Shown: positions 8,233 through 18,445, counted from the first letter of the stretch. The stretch: 64,000 bases of DNA from Patescibacteria group bacterium (GCA_041649715.1 JBAZMP010000001.1:18741-82740), one strand, 5' to 3'. Notes: generated from the letters alone by a model not told the origin. Translations and numbers: made by a program.

Positions 8233-9672
8233 ATGTCTTTAACCGGCCAAGTCGGCAGAAATACGCTTATCCAGGTGGTGGGAAAAATTTTAGGGACAAT
8301 CTTGGGTTTGATCGTCATCGGTCTGCTCACCCGTTATCTGGGGACAGAAGGTTACGGCCAATACACGACCATCATCGCCTATTTGGGTTTCTTTTCCGTG
8401 ATCGCCGACCTGGGTCTGTATTTGATTGTTCTGCGGGAGATTTCGAAAAAAGACGCCGAACCGGAAAAGATCCTGGGTAATGTCATTACTTTGCGGATAA
8501 TTTTTGCCGTCTTGATCTTGGGAGTGGGCGCGATCGTCGCTTTTTTTCTGGATTACCCGCCGGTCGTAAAATGGGGGATTTTGTTGGGGACGATAAATTT
8601 TGTTTTCGTCGCTCTGACCGGAGTGTTGACCAGCATTTTCCAGAAATTTCTGAAGATGTATAAAGTGATCTTCGGCGAAATATTCGGCCGCCTCGTTCTG
8701 CTGGTTTTCACCTTGATCTTTATCGGTTTGAAGCTGAATTTAATTTTTATCATCTTATCGGTGATTTTAGGGAGTTTTGCCAATTTTTTCCTGGTTTACC
8801 GGATGGCGGTCAAATACGTCCCCATCCGTTTTCTTTTTGATTTTTCCTACTGGAAATATATTTTAAAGGAGACCTGGCCTTTGGCCATTTCTGTTATTTT
8901 AAACCTCATATATTTTAAAATAGACACGGTCATTCTTTCTTTGATGAAACCGGCGGCCGATGTCGGGCTTTACGGGGCCTCATACAAGATTTTGGAAGTG
9001 TTGGTGACCCTGCCCAATATGTTCGTCGGTTTGATCCTGCCCCTGCTTACCTATTATGCCTTTTTAAACCGGGAAAAATTCATCGAAATCTTCCGCCGCG
9101 CTTTTGATTTTTTGATTTTAGTGACTGTCCCGCTGGTCACCGGCGGTTTTCTTCTGGCTAAACCCTTGATTTTGCTGGTCGGCGGCCAGGATTTTGCTAA
9201 AGCCGTTCCCATTTTCCAAATCCTCATTTTTGCCGTCGGCTGCCTTTTTTTGGGGAGTCTGAGCGGCCATACCATCGTAGCCATTAATAAGCAAAGGAAC
9301 ATGGTCTGGGGCTATTTGACCGTGGCGGCCCTGGGCCTGGTCTTGTACCTGATATTAATCCCGCCCTTTTCTTATATCGGGGCGGCCGTCGGCACGGTGA
9401 CCACGGAATTCACGATCGCGGCCATCGGTTATTACATCATTTTAAAAACGATGAAGTTCGCGCTGCCCTACAAAATTTTTGCGAAATCAATCATTGCTTC
9501 TGCGGTGATGGCCGGTTTTCTTTACGCCGCTTCCGGCTTTAACCTGATCATACAGCTGGTCGTCGGGGCCGTGATTTATATCGGGATTTCCTACGTTTTA
9601 AAGAGTTTTTCCAAAGACGAAGTTTTGTCCATTATCAAAATACGGGAGGAGGAAAAAAATCATGTTGAATAA
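8233..9672 (+). CDS. polysaccharide biosynthesis protein / oligosaccharide flippase (MOP/Wzx family)
   Basis: 479 aa, ~12-14 predicted TM segments. Wzx-like N-terminus. Confidence 0.7.
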   Translation: MSLTGQVGRNTLIQVVGKILGTILGLIVIGLLTRYLGTEGYGQYTTIIAYLGFFSVIADLGLYLIVLREISKKDAEPEKILGNVITLRIIFAVLILGVGAIVAFFLDYPPVVKWGILLGTINFVFVALTGVLTSIFQKFLKMYKVIFGEIFGRLVLLVFTLIFIGLKLNLIFIILSVILGSFANFFLVYRMAVKYVPIRFLFDFSYWKYILKETWPLAISVILNLIYFKIDTVILSLMKPAADVGLYGASYKILEVLVTLPNMFVGLILPLLTYYAFLNREKFIEIFRRAFDFLILVTVPLVTGGFLLAKPLILLVGGQDFAKAVPIFQILIFAVGCLFLGSLSGHTIVAINKQRNMVWGYLTVAALGLVLYLILIPPFSYIGAAVGTVTTEFTIAAIGYYIILKTMKFALPYKIFAKSIIASAVMAGFLYAASGFNLIIQLVVGAVIYIGISYVLKSFSKDEVLSIIKIREEEKNHVE

Positions 9673-10555
9673 AATTGTCCTTTCCGTGATCATTCCCACC
9701 TTAGAGCGGCCGGAGATCGTTTTTAACTTGGTCCAGGATTTATTGAACCAGTCATACGAGGATTTTGAAATCATAATCGTCGACCAAAGTCAGGCGGAAA
9801 ATAGGCCGCTTCAAGATTTATCCGTCGGTTCGGCCGACAAGATCAGGTATTATTTTCAACCGGGCCAAGGCGGCGTTTGCCGCAGCAAGAATTTCGCCCT
9901 CAAAAAGACGAAGGGAGAAATAATTTTGTTTCTTGACGATGACACGGAGGTGAAAGACCCGGATTTTATCAAGTATCATCTGGCCAATTATCTTGACCCG
10001 GAGATTACGGGCGTGGGCGGCCGGGTGGCGGATAAAAATGTCAAATTGAGGCCGAAAGCGAATGCCCCTATTTTGCGCGTCACCAAAACGGGGCGGGTCT
10101 TCGCCAATTCTGACGGTCAAGAAAAGCAGGAAATAAACGCCCCGCGAGGCGGCAATGTCTCTTATCGTAAAAAAGCGATCGACGAAATCGGCGGTTTTGA
10201 CGAAAGATTTGTCGGCAATGCCATGCGCGAGGAAACGGACTTTTCCCTGCGTATTTTTGAAAAGGGCCACAAAATTGTCTTTGAGCCGAAAGCGGTGGTG
10301 ACCCATTTGGGCGTCAATCGCGGCGGGTCTCGGGCAAAAAAAGATCGCCTGGGCTGGTATTTTGATTTTTTTCATAATGAGATGCTTTTTTTCCTGAAAC
10401 ATTTCCCCAAAAAATATTTGCCATTTTTGATCTGCCGGAAAATTAGGCCGATTATCGCCTGCCTGTTTTGGTACGGCCGCTTTCGGCCCAGGGCCTTAAT
10501 GACGCCCTGGCGGGGTTTTTTGGCCGGCTACCGCCACTATAAGTCTAGGTCTTAA
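9662..10555 (+). CDS. family 2 glycosyltransferase
   Basis: 297 aa. VIIPTLERPE...IIIVDQSQ...LDDDTE (DXD) motifs. Start overlaps the flippase stop (ATGTTGAATAA). Confidence 0.75.
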   Translation: MLNKIVLSVIIPTLERPEIVFNLVQDLLNQSYEDFEIIIVDQSQAENRPLQDLSVGSADKIRYYFQPGQGGVCRSKNFALKKTKGEIILFLDDDTEVKDPDFIKYHLANYLDPEITGVGGRVADKNVKLRPKANAPILRVTKTGRVFANSDGQEKQEINAPRGGNVSYRKKAIDEIGGFDERFVGNAMREETDFSLRIFEKGHKIVFEPKAVVTHLGVNRGGSRAKKDRLGWYFDFFHNEMLFFLKHFPKKYLPFLICRKIRPIIACLFWYGRFRPRALMTPWRGFLAGYRHYKSRS

Positions 10556-10564
10556 AAAAATCGT

Positions 10565-12010
10565 ATGCCAAATTTTGGCTCAAGAGAAAATAAGAATATC
10601 GGCTGGTTTTTAACGGCTTTATTTCTGGCTTTAATCGGCGGTTTTTTGGCCGGCTATTTTAACCTTCTTGGTTTGGCCATTGTTTGCGGTCTTTGTTTTT
10701 TTATTTTAGCCTGCTTGTTCATTTTTAACGAACCTTTTTATGGCGTTATGCTGATCACTTTCTTTCTTCCCTTTGAAAGGATCGGGACGCTGGAAGTCTC
10801 ATCTTTTACTTTAAAGATCAATCATCTCTTCGGGCTGATAACTATTGTCGCCTGGTTCTTGACCATGTTGATCAAAAAAGAAGTCCGCTTCAAAAAAATG
10901 CCTATTATCGTGCCGCTCTTGCTTTTTCTCCTGATCAACCTTTTGTCTTTTACGCAGGCGGCCAACCTGATGCGGGCCGCCACTGTTTTTCTTTTCACTC
11001 TTTTGGCCATTTTAATCGGTTTGACGGCGGCCAATCTTATCGACACCAAAGAAAAACTAAAAAGAACGGTTATCGTTCTGTTCCTAAGCGCTTTTCTGGT
11101 GACGGTTTTCGGGCTTTTTCAGTTCGCCGGCGATTTAAGCGGACTGCCTCCCTCCATAACCGGCCTGAGAGATTTATACACAAAAGAGGTCTTTGGCTTT
11201 CCGCGCGTTCACTCCACGGCACTCGAGCCTTTATATTTCGCGAACTATCTTTTGATCCCCTTGTGCCTGGCTTTAAGCCTGCTTTTTGGCCGGAGCAAAA
11301 AGATCAAATGGTTCTGGCTGTTGATGCTCATTATTTTGGGGCTGACTAATTTTATCCTGGCTTTGTCGCGTGCCGCCTATATCGCTTTGGTTTTTTCCCT
11401 GATTATCCTTTTATTTTTTCATTTTCGGAATTTATTTTCCTTAAAACGGATCATTTACGCCCTGGTCGTTATTCTGGCCGTTTATTTTCTTTTTGTCCGC
11501 ATTTTTCATCTTACCGGCGACTTTAGTTTATATTTTGAAAAATTTTCCACCCAGGTGACCGGTATTTTTACCGGCGCCTCTTATACCGACCGGGCGGACA
11601 CCATCAATCAGGCCTGGGCGCTTTTTAAAACTCACCCTTACTTGGGCGTAGGGACGGGAAATTTCGGGCCCGAGGTCGCCTGGTACGCCTTGGTGACGCC
11701 GGAAAAAGGTTGGCTTATCGTCAACAATGAATTTTTGGAGATATTAACGGAAACCGGGATTTTTGGTCTATTGGCCTTTTTTGCCTGGCTGGCCGTTCTT
11801 TTTATCCGTTCGTTCCAGGCGGTTAGAAGGGCCAAGGACGCTTTCCTAAAAGCGGTGATGATCGGACTTTCGGCCGCTTTTATCGGCGTGATTATCCAGT
11901 ATCAGACTTTTTCTATTTTATATATCATTCATGTTTGGTTTTTATTCGGCTTGATGATGGCCGTCATGAATTTAATAGATCAAGAAAATTCTGATAAGAT
12001 AAAGATATGA
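10565..12010 (+). CDS. O-antigen ligase/polymerase-like membrane protein (Wzy_C)
   Basis: 481 aa polytopic membrane protein. Periplasmic loop between TM clusters is typical of WaaL/Wzy. Confidence 0.6.
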   Translation: MPNFGSRENKNIGWFLTALFLALIGGFLAGYFNLLGLAIVCGLCFFILACLFIFNEPFYGVMLITFFLPFERIGTLEVSSFTLKINHLFGLITIVAWFLTMLIKKEVRFKKMPIIVPLLLFLLINLLSFTQAANLMRAATVFLFTLLAILIGLTAANLIDTKEKLKRTVIVLFLSAFLVTVFGLFQFAGDLSGLPPSITGLRDLYTKEVFGFPRVHSTALEPLYFANYLLIPLCLALSLLFGRSKKIKWFWLLMLIILGLTNFILALSRAAYIALVFSLIILLFFHFRNLFSLKRIIYALVVILAVYFLFVRIFHLTGDFSLYFEKFSTQVTGIFTGASYTDRADTINQAWALFKTHPYLGVGTGNFGPEVAWYALVTPEKGWLIVNNEFLEILTETGIFGLLAFFAWLAVLFIRSFQAVRRAKDAFLKAVMIGLSAAFIGVIIQYQTFSILYIIHVWFLFGLMMAVMNLIDQENSDKIKI

Positions 12011-13299
12011 CAAACGCCATCCTGATAATTATCGCCTTAATCCTTTTTTTCCTCGTCTGTCTGAAGAGGCTGGATATTTCTTTAGGCCTGATCGCTCTGA
12101 CCCTTTTTAGCTATCTGATCCGTTTTAAAATATTCAATATTCCGTTCACTTTCCTGGAAATGATGATTCTGGTGATGTTTGCCGTTTGGCTGGCCAAAAC
12201 TCTGGTCAAAAGAGAGAAGATCTATTTAAGCTCGTTTTTACGGCCGGGCTTGTTTTTAATTTTAGTGGCTATGGTCTCGGTTATCGTTTCTCCGGATACG
12301 CGGGCTGCGTTAGGAATTTTTAAAGCCTATTTTATCGAGCCGTTTCTGTTTTTTCTGGTTTTTATCAACGTGATAAGGACCAAAAAAGAATTGAAATACC
12401 TCATTTTTTGTCTGGCCGTCGGCGCCCTTTTTCTGTCGATAATAGCGATTTGGCAGTATTTAGGCCTGATTCCCGGTCTTAAACCCTATATCACGGAAAG
12501 TCCCAAGCGGGCCACTTCACTATTTGAGTTTCCCACGGCGGTGGGCAAGTATTTAGGGCCGATTATCGCCCTGTTTTTTGCCCTGATCTTCGCCAACAAT
12601 AAAGTATTAAAAGAAGAAAACTACTTTCCTGATAAATTTTATCTTTGGGGAGTGCCGGCCGTCCTGTTGCTGGCCACTGTTTTTTCTTTTACGCGCGGGG
12701 CTTTAATGGGCCTGGCCGGGGCTTTTGTTTTCTTGAGTTTTTTTAGCCGGTACAAGAAAATTATCTGGCTGGGAATTTTATTGATAATGATTGTTTTTAT
12801 CAGTCTGCCCTGGGGCCGGCATGAGCTTTTGTCCGTTTTTTCCGGCCAGGATACCTCGACTGACGTCCACGCCATAATGTGGCAGGGAACCTGGCGGATG
12901 CTGAAGGCTCACCCCGTATTTGGGGCCGGCCTGGCCGGTTTCCCCGCTCTATATAATGTTTTCCGCGATCCCGCCCACGTGGAATTATTTCCTTACCCGG
13001 ATAATTGGTTTCTGGCCGTTTGGTCGGAATTAGGTTTGGCCGGTTTGGCGGCTTTTGGCTGGTTGATCGCCAAATACATCAAAGAGGCTATTTCATTATT
13101 ACGGAAAAATATTGATCCGTATTTCCGTCAGTTGATCTTAGGCTTGCTGGCCGTGATAATCGTCTTATTTATCCATGGGTTAGTTGATACGCCTTATTTT
13201 AAAAATGACTTATCAGTGATGTTCTGGCTTTTCGTCGGGATTTTAGCGGTCGTAAAAAAGACGGGCGAGGCTTGCCAAAAGGGCGAAAACAGTGTATAA
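12007..13299 (+). CDS. O-antigen ligase/polymerase-like membrane protein (second paralog)
   Basis: 430 aa polytopic. Overlaps the upstream stop by 4 nt. Confidence 0.6.
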   Translation: MTNAILIIIALILFFLVCLKRLDISLGLIALTLFSYLIRFKIFNIPFTFLEMMILVMFAVWLAKTLVKREKIYLSSFLRPGLFLILVAMVSVIVSPDTRAALGIFKAYFIEPFLFFLVFINVIRTKKELKYLIFCLAVGALFLSIIAIWQYLGLIPGLKPYITESPKRATSLFEFPTAVGKYLGPIIALFFALIFANNKVLKEENYFPDKFYLWGVPAVLLLATVFSFTRGALMGLAGAFVFLSFFSRYKKIIWLGILLIMIVFISLPWGRHELLSVFSGQDTSTDVHAIMWQGTWRMLKAHPVFGAGLAGFPALYNVFRDPAHVELFPYPDNWFLAVWSELGLAGLAAFGWLIAKYIKEAISLLRKNIDPYFRQLILGLLAVIIVLFIHGLVDTPYFKNDLSVMFWLFVGILAVVKKTGEACQKGENSV

Positions 13300-13323
13300 T
13301 TAAGGGGTAAAATAAAAACAAAA

Positions 13324-15516
13324 ATGGCTAAGGCAAAAACAAAAAAATTCGCCGTTTTATTATCTGTATTTGTAATTACTTTGCCGGTAATTACTTTTTT
13401 GTTTACGCCTTCGGTTTCCGCCAAAGATATCAGCCTGGATATTATCACGCGGGCGGAGTGGGAAGCGGATGAGAGCTGGCGCTTTAATTCAAAAAATCAG
13501 GAGATTTGGCCGGCCGAGTACGCCAAAGTGGAAAAAATCATTATTCACCACACGGCTGGTTCATTGGGCGGCGCTGACCCGGCGGCCATAATCCGCGGCA
13601 TTTATCACTGGCATGCCGTTTCTTTGGGCTGGGGCGACATCGGTTACAATTATCTGATAGATGAAAAAGGCAATGTCTACGAGGGCCGCTATGGCGGCGA
13701 CGGAGTGATGGGAGCGCACGCCTACAACGACAAAACCAACGCGGGTTACAACCGGGGCACGCTGGGGATCGCTATTTTGGGGAATTATCAGACTGACGTT
13801 TTGACGAACGCGGCCAAAGAAGCCCTGACGAATTTAATCGCCGTCAAGGCCCGCGATTTCGGCTTCGCCCCCGATGGCCGCAGTATTTTTAATGACGAGG
13901 ATCTGCTTAATCTTGTCGCTCACCGGGATATTGACAGCACCTTATGCCCGGGAAGAAATATCTATTCGCAGATGGATCAAATTCGGGAAAGCAGCCAGAT
14001 AAAATATAAGGGTTTGCCGGGCCTGCCGGCCGCCGACAAAGAGATGACCTATGTTGGACAAAGCGATGCGACTTTGACGCTCAGTCCGGGAGAAGAAAAA
14101 GAAATGTGGGTGGATTACCGTAATGACGGGCGCTCAACCTGGAAAAACTATGTAGCCAGTACGCCGTATTTGTCCGTTACGGAAACCAGCCCATTAAAAG
14201 CTTCAGATTGGCTTTCCGACACGCAAGCCGCGGGGCTTTCGACACCGAACGTGGCCAGCGGCCAAACCGGGCGGTTTGTCTTCAAGATCAAGGCCCCTAA
14301 CGATGAAATCCGTTTAGACCAAAGCTTTCGTATCATATGGGATGAAGAAGCAGTTCCTGGTACTTCCTTTAATCTTCATTTAGAAATAACCGGCTTTGAT
14401 TACGCGGCCAATGATTTAAAGCACGATATATTAAAGGCCACCTTTCCTAAGGTCACGAGGACGGTCACAATCAACTACCAGAATATCGGGTTAAAAACTT
14501 GGGCGAAAGACGATATTTATTTGGCCATCACGAACGAAAACGGCCGCCAAAGTTCCTATTATGATGCCGCTTGGCCAGACCAGGGAGGAAAGATCAGATT
14601 TAATGAAAGTGAAGTGAAAAGCCAAGGGCGAGCGACTTTTACCTTTAAAATGCATAGCCAGGGCGTTGACGCCTATAAGACCAAATTTTCTCTGAAAAAA
14701 TCCGACGGTACTACTCTGCCGGGCAGCGAAAAAATCGTGGCCACGCGTGTTGATTCCACTTATCAGGGCAAGATCGTTTCCCAAACGGTGCCGGTCGCCC
14801 TGCTTTCTAGTTGGCGGCCGACGGTGACCGTAAAGTTTGAAAACACCGGTTTATCAACCTGGGGAAAGAACATCGTGCTTAACGTGTATGACGGCGACTG
14901 GCGCAACAGCGCTTTTTCCCATCAGTCCTGGCCGACCGCTTGGGGACATTTTAATTTTCAGGAAACTCAAGTGAGGCCGGGCGAAACAGCCACCTTCCGG
15001 CTGACTCTTTATCCGCCCGCGCGGGCCGGCACATATTTTACCATTTTTAAACTGGAGAACACGACGTCGGTCAGTTTGCCCGTGCAAGGGGAGACTCGCC
15101 TGCTTATCCGGGTGGATGATGCCGGCTTGAAATTAGCGGAAAGCTATCAGGCGGAGTTTCTATCGGTTTCCGCCCCGCCCGCCTTGCGGCAGTATCAGCG
15201 CTTTACTAATGTCGTGAAAATAAAAAATACCGGCACGCAAACCTGGGGCAAGGACGTGGTTTTGAATATCTATGACGCGGACTGGCGGGAAACCTATTTC
15301 CGCGATGAATTGACCTGGCCGGCTTTCGAAGGCGGAATAACATTTTTAGAAGATCAGGTCCGGCCGGGCGAAACGGCCACTTTCCGTTTTATTTATCGGG
15401 CGCCGGTCAAAACCGGGCTTTACCGCAACCGGTTCATGCTTTCCATCGCCGGCCGGGAATATCTCGGGGTTCCCGGTTCGGAAAACTCAGCCTTGACCAG
15501 AGTTGATCCGATATAA
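13324..15516 (+). CDS. N-acetylmuramoyl-L-alanine amidase (PGRP/Amidase_2) with ~5 C-terminal Ig-like repeat modules
   Basis: 730 aa. IIHHTAGS...YHWHAVSLGWGDIGYNYLID amidase_2 signature. C-terminal repeats share WxxxxRPGETATFR with the SpoIID-like protein. Internal repeats are visible at the nucleotide level. Confidence 0.8.
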   Translation: MAKAKTKKFAVLLSVFVITLPVITFLFTPSVSAKDISLDIITRAEWEADESWRFNSKNQEIWPAEYAKVEKIIIHHTAGSLGGADPAAIIRGIYHWHAVSLGWGDIGYNYLIDEKGNVYEGRYGGDGVMGAHAYNDKTNAGYNRGTLGIAILGNYQTDVLTNAAKEALTNLIAVKARDFGFAPDGRSIFNDEDLLNLVAHRDIDSTLCPGRNIYSQMDQIRESSQIKYKGLPGLPAADKEMTYVGQSDATLTLSPGEEKEMWVDYRNDGRSTWKNYVASTPYLSVTETSPLKASDWLSDTQAAGLSTPNVASGQTGRFVFKIKAPNDEIRLDQSFRIIWDEEAVPGTSFNLHLEITGFDYAANDLKHDILKATFPKVTRTVTINYQNIGLKTWAKDDIYLAITNENGRQSSYYDAAWPDQGGKIRFNESEVKSQGRATFTFKMHSQGVDAYKTKFSLKKSDGTTLPGSEKIVATRVDSTYQGKIVSQTVPVALLSSWRPTVTVKFENTGLSTWGKNIVLNVYDGDWRNSAFSHQSWPTAWGHFNFQETQVRPGETATFRLTLYPPARAGTYFTIFKLENTTSVSLPVQGETRLLIRVDDAGLKLAESYQAEFLSVSAPPALRQYQRFTNVVKIKNTGTQTWGKDVVLNIYDADWRETYFRDELTWPAFEGGITFLEDQVRPGETATFRFIYRAPVKTGLYRNRFMLSIAGREYLGVPGSENSALTRVDPI

Positions 15517-15675
15517 GCATCTGGACACGATAACCGATTTCATATAAATCGCATATTTTTTTGTGAATCCGTTTATCGTCAGAAGGTTATCCATTACCTT
15601 AATAACATCTCTTATAATAATATAAATAAATTATCGCTGCGTTTTTTGTGGTATTCATAAGCAATCTTCTGCCTC

Positions 15676-15710
15676 TTGACAAGCAAGGAAAAGGGATATA
15701 AGTTATAGTA
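15676..15710 (+). promoter_or_regulatory. promoter TTGACA upstream of PheRS-like gene
   Basis: cctcTTGACAagcaaggaaaagggataTAAGTT. Confidence 0.35.
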
Positions 15711-15778
15711 TTCAGTTAAGAAGGCAAGATAAAAGAAGTAGTTCTTTAACAACCAAGATAGAAATGGAGGGTTTTATC

Positions 15779-16894
15779 ATGAAGAAAGAGATCATGCTGC
15801 CTGAGCGCCTGGCTGCGTCGTTGGCTATTTTGGACCTGACTGATCCAAAAAACGGCATCCATGCGATCAACTTAGTTGTGCAAAAAGTAAGACAGGCTTT
15901 AACAGTCGTCTACAAAGGCATTCCGGTTGAAGAGACCAGGAAAGATCCTATCGTCACCGTCAAAGAGAATTTTGATGACCTTCTTTTTCAAGAGGACAAT
16001 CTTGGTCGCTCTTCGCGCTATACGCGGTATGTGTCCGCGGATATGATTCTGCGAACGCATACCTCAGCGGCCGTTCCCGGCTGGCTGAATAAAGCGGTTC
16101 GCCAGGGAATCAACGATGCCATCATTGTCTTGCCCGGCATGTGTTACCGGAGAGATATCGTTGACAGGACGCATTGTGGAGAACCGCATCAGATGGATGT
16201 TTGGCGAGTAAAGCGCGGTGTTCCGCGGTTGGTACGTTCGGATTTAATCCGTTTGTTCGAGACTATTCTGAATAGCGTCGTACCGGAGTATCAGTATCGC
16301 GCTAATGATGTGGTGCATCCCTATACTGTTAACGGTCTTGAAATTGAGGTATTGGTGGACGGAAATTGGCTTGAAGTTCTTGAATGCGGCGAGATCCATC
16401 CTGCCATTCTGGGAAATGCCAATCTGGATCCGAGGGAGTATTCGGGTCTTGCCCTGGGCATGGGCTTGGATCGTCTCGTGATGATCATCAAAGGCATCGA
16501 TGATATCCGAGTCCTCCGTTCGGAAGACTCGCGTATTAAGCGCCAAATGGAAAACCTCGATAAGTACGTCAAGGTTTCTGATCAGCCAGCGGCTAAGCGG
16601 GTGCTTTCATACTCTACTTCAGCAGACAAGACAGAGGAGGATGTTTGTGAAGAAATCCGCGATGAACTCGGATTCGAGGCCTCATGCATTGAGGAGATTC
16701 AATATTCTGAGATTTTCTACGAGCAGTTGCCGGCAAAAGCACGCGAGAACTTAGGCATTCATCCTGATCAGAAGAATGTGGTCGTGACAATTTTGTTTCG
16801 TTCGCCAGAGGGCTCTCTTCAACGATCCATGGTTAACGAATGGATGCGACGTTTGTATCCGAAGCTAAACAAGGGGGACAGAGGATACATGTAA
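15779..16894 (+). CDS. monomeric (mitochondrial-type) phenylalanyl-tRNA synthetase-like protein: PheS-like class II core + C-terminal FDX-ACB anticodon-binding domain
   Basis: The ORF track starts at 15764, but GGAGGG lies 9 nt upstream of the ATG at 15779 (MKKEIM). Core motifs ILRTHTSAAV, GMCYRRDxxDRTH, WLEVLECGEIHPAIL, GLALGMGLDRLVMIIKGIDDIRVL closely match bacterial PheS. The ~130-aa C-terminal extension carries VVVTILFRSPEGSLQRSMVNEWMRRL, resembling the FDX-ACB domain. The HHPAR-equivalent reads NLGR. Confidence 0.65.
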   Translation: MKKEIMLPERLAASLAILDLTDPKNGIHAINLVVQKVRQALTVVYKGIPVEETRKDPIVTVKENFDDLLFQEDNLGRSSRYTRYVSADMILRTHTSAAVPGWLNKAVRQGINDAIIVLPGMCYRRDIVDRTHCGEPHQMDVWRVKRGVPRLVRSDLIRLFETILNSVVPEYQYRANDVVHPYTVNGLEIEVLVDGNWLEVLECGEIHPAILGNANLDPREYSGLALGMGLDRLVMIIKGIDDIRVLRSEDSRIKRQMENLDKYVKVSDQPAAKRVLSYSTSADKTEEDVCEEIRDELGFEASCIEEIQYSEIFYEQLPAKARENLGIHPDQKNVVVTILFRSPEGSLQRSMVNEWMRRLYPKLNKGDRGYM

Positions 16895-16915
16895 ACGATT
16901 AATCATTATTTCGAA

Positions 16916-16988
16916 GGGTTACTTGCATAATCTGCAGTAACCCTTTTTAATATTATAAAGAGGCCCCGCGACACCAGCGCCGCGGGGC
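16916..16988. terminator. pair of convergent intrinsic terminators
   Basis: First hairpin gggttacttgcataatctgcagtaaccc followed by T5. Second hairpin ggccccgcgacaccagcgccgcggggc, reading as the minus-strand terminator for the lysS-like gene. Confidence 0.5.
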
Positions 16989-16996
16989 TATTTAGC

Positions 16997-18445
16997 CTAG
17001 AAGACCGGAAATAACTCTACGTCACGTATGTCTTCCGTGTTGAGCAGAAGCATAAGGAGACGTTCTATTCCCATACCGATTCCTCGGCTCGGAGGAAGAC
17101 CGAATTTCATCGCACTTAATATGTCTTCGTTGATAACGTTGAGTTGAGTGCCTTTACGATAATTCAGCTGTTCTTTCATTCTTTGCCTTACAATGCCAGG
17201 ATCACGTTCCGGATTAACAATGTCGGCAACGAGCATTCCATTAATTACGAGAAGCGTTTCGTCAACGGTAGACATATCGTCGTTGAGTTTGTAAAGCGGG
17301 GATTGAGCGGCTGGTAGATTCCGGAGGAAGGCCGGCCCCGTGATTTTTGACATAACATAGGTATACAGGGCAGTTGCGATCGTATACTTGTTCACGACCG
17401 CCGGTAGCGGGATGCCCATTCTCATGGTCATGTTCGCGAGCAGTTCGATGGGACCATCCTCTTTATACACAAGACCCGTGTATTTTTGGATTTCGCCCCT
17501 AAAATCATAGGCAGGCCACTCATCGGAACAGTCAATCACTCCACCCGTTATCGGAAGTGTGGCAGAACCATAGAGTTGAACGAGGATTTCGCGTATCATG
17601 TCCCGCACCAGATCTTCCATTTTCTTCCGATCAGCGTACGCTTGGTACAGTTCCAAAATAGTGAATTGCGGGAGCATATCGGCCGTGGCGCCTTGATTTC
17701 GGAAGGATTTGCCGATTTCGAAAACCTTAGAAAAACCGGCAATCATTAACTTCCAAAGGAAAAGTTCAGATGTCACCCTGAGAAACATATCGTTGTCTGA
17801 TTCGACTACGTGCGTCACAAAAGGATCCGCTAGCCCTCCTTCAAAATTTTTCAGCAGTAGGGTTATGGGAGTTTCCTCATAACCCTTTTGGTGAAGAAAT
17901 TGCCTGATTGTCCGGATAACTAACGCGCATCTGCGAAAATGCAGCAGTTTTTCCGGATCCCTTATTAGTTGGAGATGCCTTTGGGTGTGCCAGTTTGTTT
18001 TCTTGTGGAAATCAACGTTAGTGTCGTATACATCGCCGACTGCCTTGGAGAGAAGTTCAATCTTTTTTCCGAGAAAAACAGGGTTGTTATCGACACGGAG
18101 TTTGGTCCCTTCAATCATCACAATATCACCGTAATGAATGGTCGTGTTTATGGTCCGGATATTTTCCGGTGTCCGCGTTAAATAAACCGGAATCGAAACC
18201 CCGTTACCCTCGATTCGCTCAAGGATGATGACGTCTTTTTTCTCAAGTTCTCCAAATAATCCGAACTTAGAAATTTCTCCTGTCCTGTCAGCGAGCATAA
18301 GCCTACCGACTAACACAATTTTCTCGCCGTAACCAACTGTGTGGAACTCTCCCGGTTCAATAGAAACTCTCGCCACCTCACGACGGTAAGCGAGAGCATC
18401 ATTGACGAGGGCATTCATCCTTTTTCTCTCACTTTTTCGAGCCAT
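16997..18445 (-). CDS. lysS: lysyl-tRNA synthetase, class II (divergent)
   Basis: 482 aa. N-terminal OB-fold region. Class IIb motifs FRNQGATADMLPQFTILELY and GMGIERLLMLL. Ends in a TAG stop. Promoter TTGACA-N17-TAAGTT on the minus strand at ~18519-18555. Confidence 0.7.
   Translation of the reverse strand: MARKSERKRMNALVNDALAYRREVARVSIEPGEFHTVGYGEKIVLVGRLMLADRTGEISKFGLFGELEKKDVIILERIEGNGVSIPVYLTRTPENIRTINTTIHYGDIVMIEGTKLRVDNNPVFLGKKIELLSKAVGDVYDTNVDFHKKTNWHTQRHLQLIRDPEKLLHFRRCALVIRTIRQFLHQKGYEETPITLLLKNFEGGLADPFVTHVVESDNDMFLRVTSELFLWKLMIAGFSKVFEIGKSFRNQGATADMLPQFTILELYQAYADRKKMEDLVRDMIREILVQLYGSATLPITGGVIDCSDEWPAYDFRGEIQKYTGLVYKEDGPIELLANMTMRMGIPLPAVVNKYTIATALYTYVMSKITGPAFLRNLPAAQSPLYKLNDDMSTVDETLLVINGMLVADIVNPERDPGIVRQRMKEQLNYRKGTQLNVINEDILSAMKFGLPPSRGIGMGIERLLMLLLNTEDIRDVELFPVF

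Noticed and set aside
15676-15778. Possible T-box leader upstream of the PheRS-like gene
   Set aside because: It has no T-box consensus (AAUUAGGGUGGUACCGCG-like) or specifier/antiterminator arrangement. The ~70-nt 5' UTR looks like a plain leader.
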